A DNA stretch of 63,005 nt, counting the filler, from Chiloscyllium plagiosum (Eukaryota): the NCBI RefSeq assembly GCF_004010195.1. It is 4 parts of 4 records of this genome, joined end to end, with 100 filler letters (N's around TTAATTAATTAA, not from the genome) between each part and the next. Parts side by side here need not be neighbours in the genome. Positions count along the whole stretch, not along the records: positions 59,410 to 63,005 come from NW_025208312.1; 3 more parts are not named here. One strand, 5' to 3'. Shown piece after piece: positions 62,401-63,005 of this stretch (position 1 is its first letter; every line of letters begins with the position of its first letter). The notes under the pieces are model-generated. The model saw nothing but the letters and a program-made list of their open reading frames with translations, was not told the origin of the DNA and searched no databases. The position numbers and the translations under genes are program-made.

Positions 62401-62660
62401 CCTGGGGTGTGGTGATGCTTTGACTTTGAGTGTTCTCTCCATGAGTGACCTGGCGGGTAAACACTGCGTTGTTGAACCATTCGCCATAACAGCCGGTCAG
62501 CCGATTCATTACCGAGAAATTCCCATTCACCTCACACACAGGAGATGTGAAGACACCAGAATCCACGGATTGGCCATTGTTCAACCAACTCATGGAGATT
62601 TGCTTCAGATGGAAATCAATGATTGAACATACGATGGTTGCAAACCTGCTACTTTCTTGC
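62401..62660 (-). pseudogene. IGHM: IgM Cmu2 exon, 5'-interrupted
   Basis: [25 protein letters not shown]...VCEVNGNFS...[14 protein letters not shown]...TPQG|GTAAG. Second Cys to Arg; the 5' end is replaced by CR1 sequence. Confidence 0.9.
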
Positions 62661-63005
62661 ATTCTTAGGGGGCGGTGGTTTAAACTAATTTGGCAGGGGG
62701 ATGGGATCCAGACTTGTAGTCCAGCAAGTAGGTTCGCTGTTTTGCAGGATGTCCTGACTGTTGAGACGCTGTGGACAAAGTAGCACTGACAGCGAATACT
62801 TGCAGACACAGAGATGAGTTCAAGTGTGTATACTTCAACGCAAGGAGTATCAGAAATAAGGTGGGTGAACTTAAGGCGTGGATCGGTACTTGGGACTACG
62901 ATGTTGTGGCCATCACGGAAACGTAGAAAGAAGAGGGACAGAAATGATTGTTGGAGGTCCCTGATTACAGATGTTTCAGTAAGATTAGGGAGGGTGGTAA
63001 AAAAG
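62661..63005 (+). mobile_element. CR1-like LINE (ORF1 end / ORF2 APE endonuclease start) abutting Cmu2
   Basis: [34 protein letters not shown] endonuclease N-terminus. Confidence 0.85.

Overview
Vertebrate genomic DNA from a cartilaginous fish, most likely a shark (HE1-type SINEs, CR1/HER1 LINEs, Penelope-like elements, shark-type IgM sequences). It is an immune-receptor region made of four blocks separated by 100-bp N/TTAATTAATTAA spacers. (1) A 46-bp satellite array, then a decayed IgM heavy-chain minicluster on the + strand: leader, pseudo-VH with RSS, D1 with 12/22 RSS, a J remnant, the 3' half of Cmu3 and an open Cmu4-secretory exon. (2) An apparently intact six-coding-exon B7-family gene (leader-IgV-IgC-TM-cyt-cyt, 292 aa by my splicing). 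Its IgC domain resembles PD-L1/PD-L2, but its IgV lacks the canonical Trp and F-strand Cys. (3) An intact TCR alpha/delta-type V segment with a perfect-heptamer 23-RSS and an apparently intronless leader, inside a ~2.3-kb duplicated cassette. (4) A second decayed IgM cluster (Cmu2-Cmu3-Cmu4sec) on the - strand. Most of the remainder is transposon debris, and many Penelope-derived copies carry minimal hammerhead ribozyme motifs. Family assignments come from remembered motifs, not database searches. Adjacency across the spacers is not proven.
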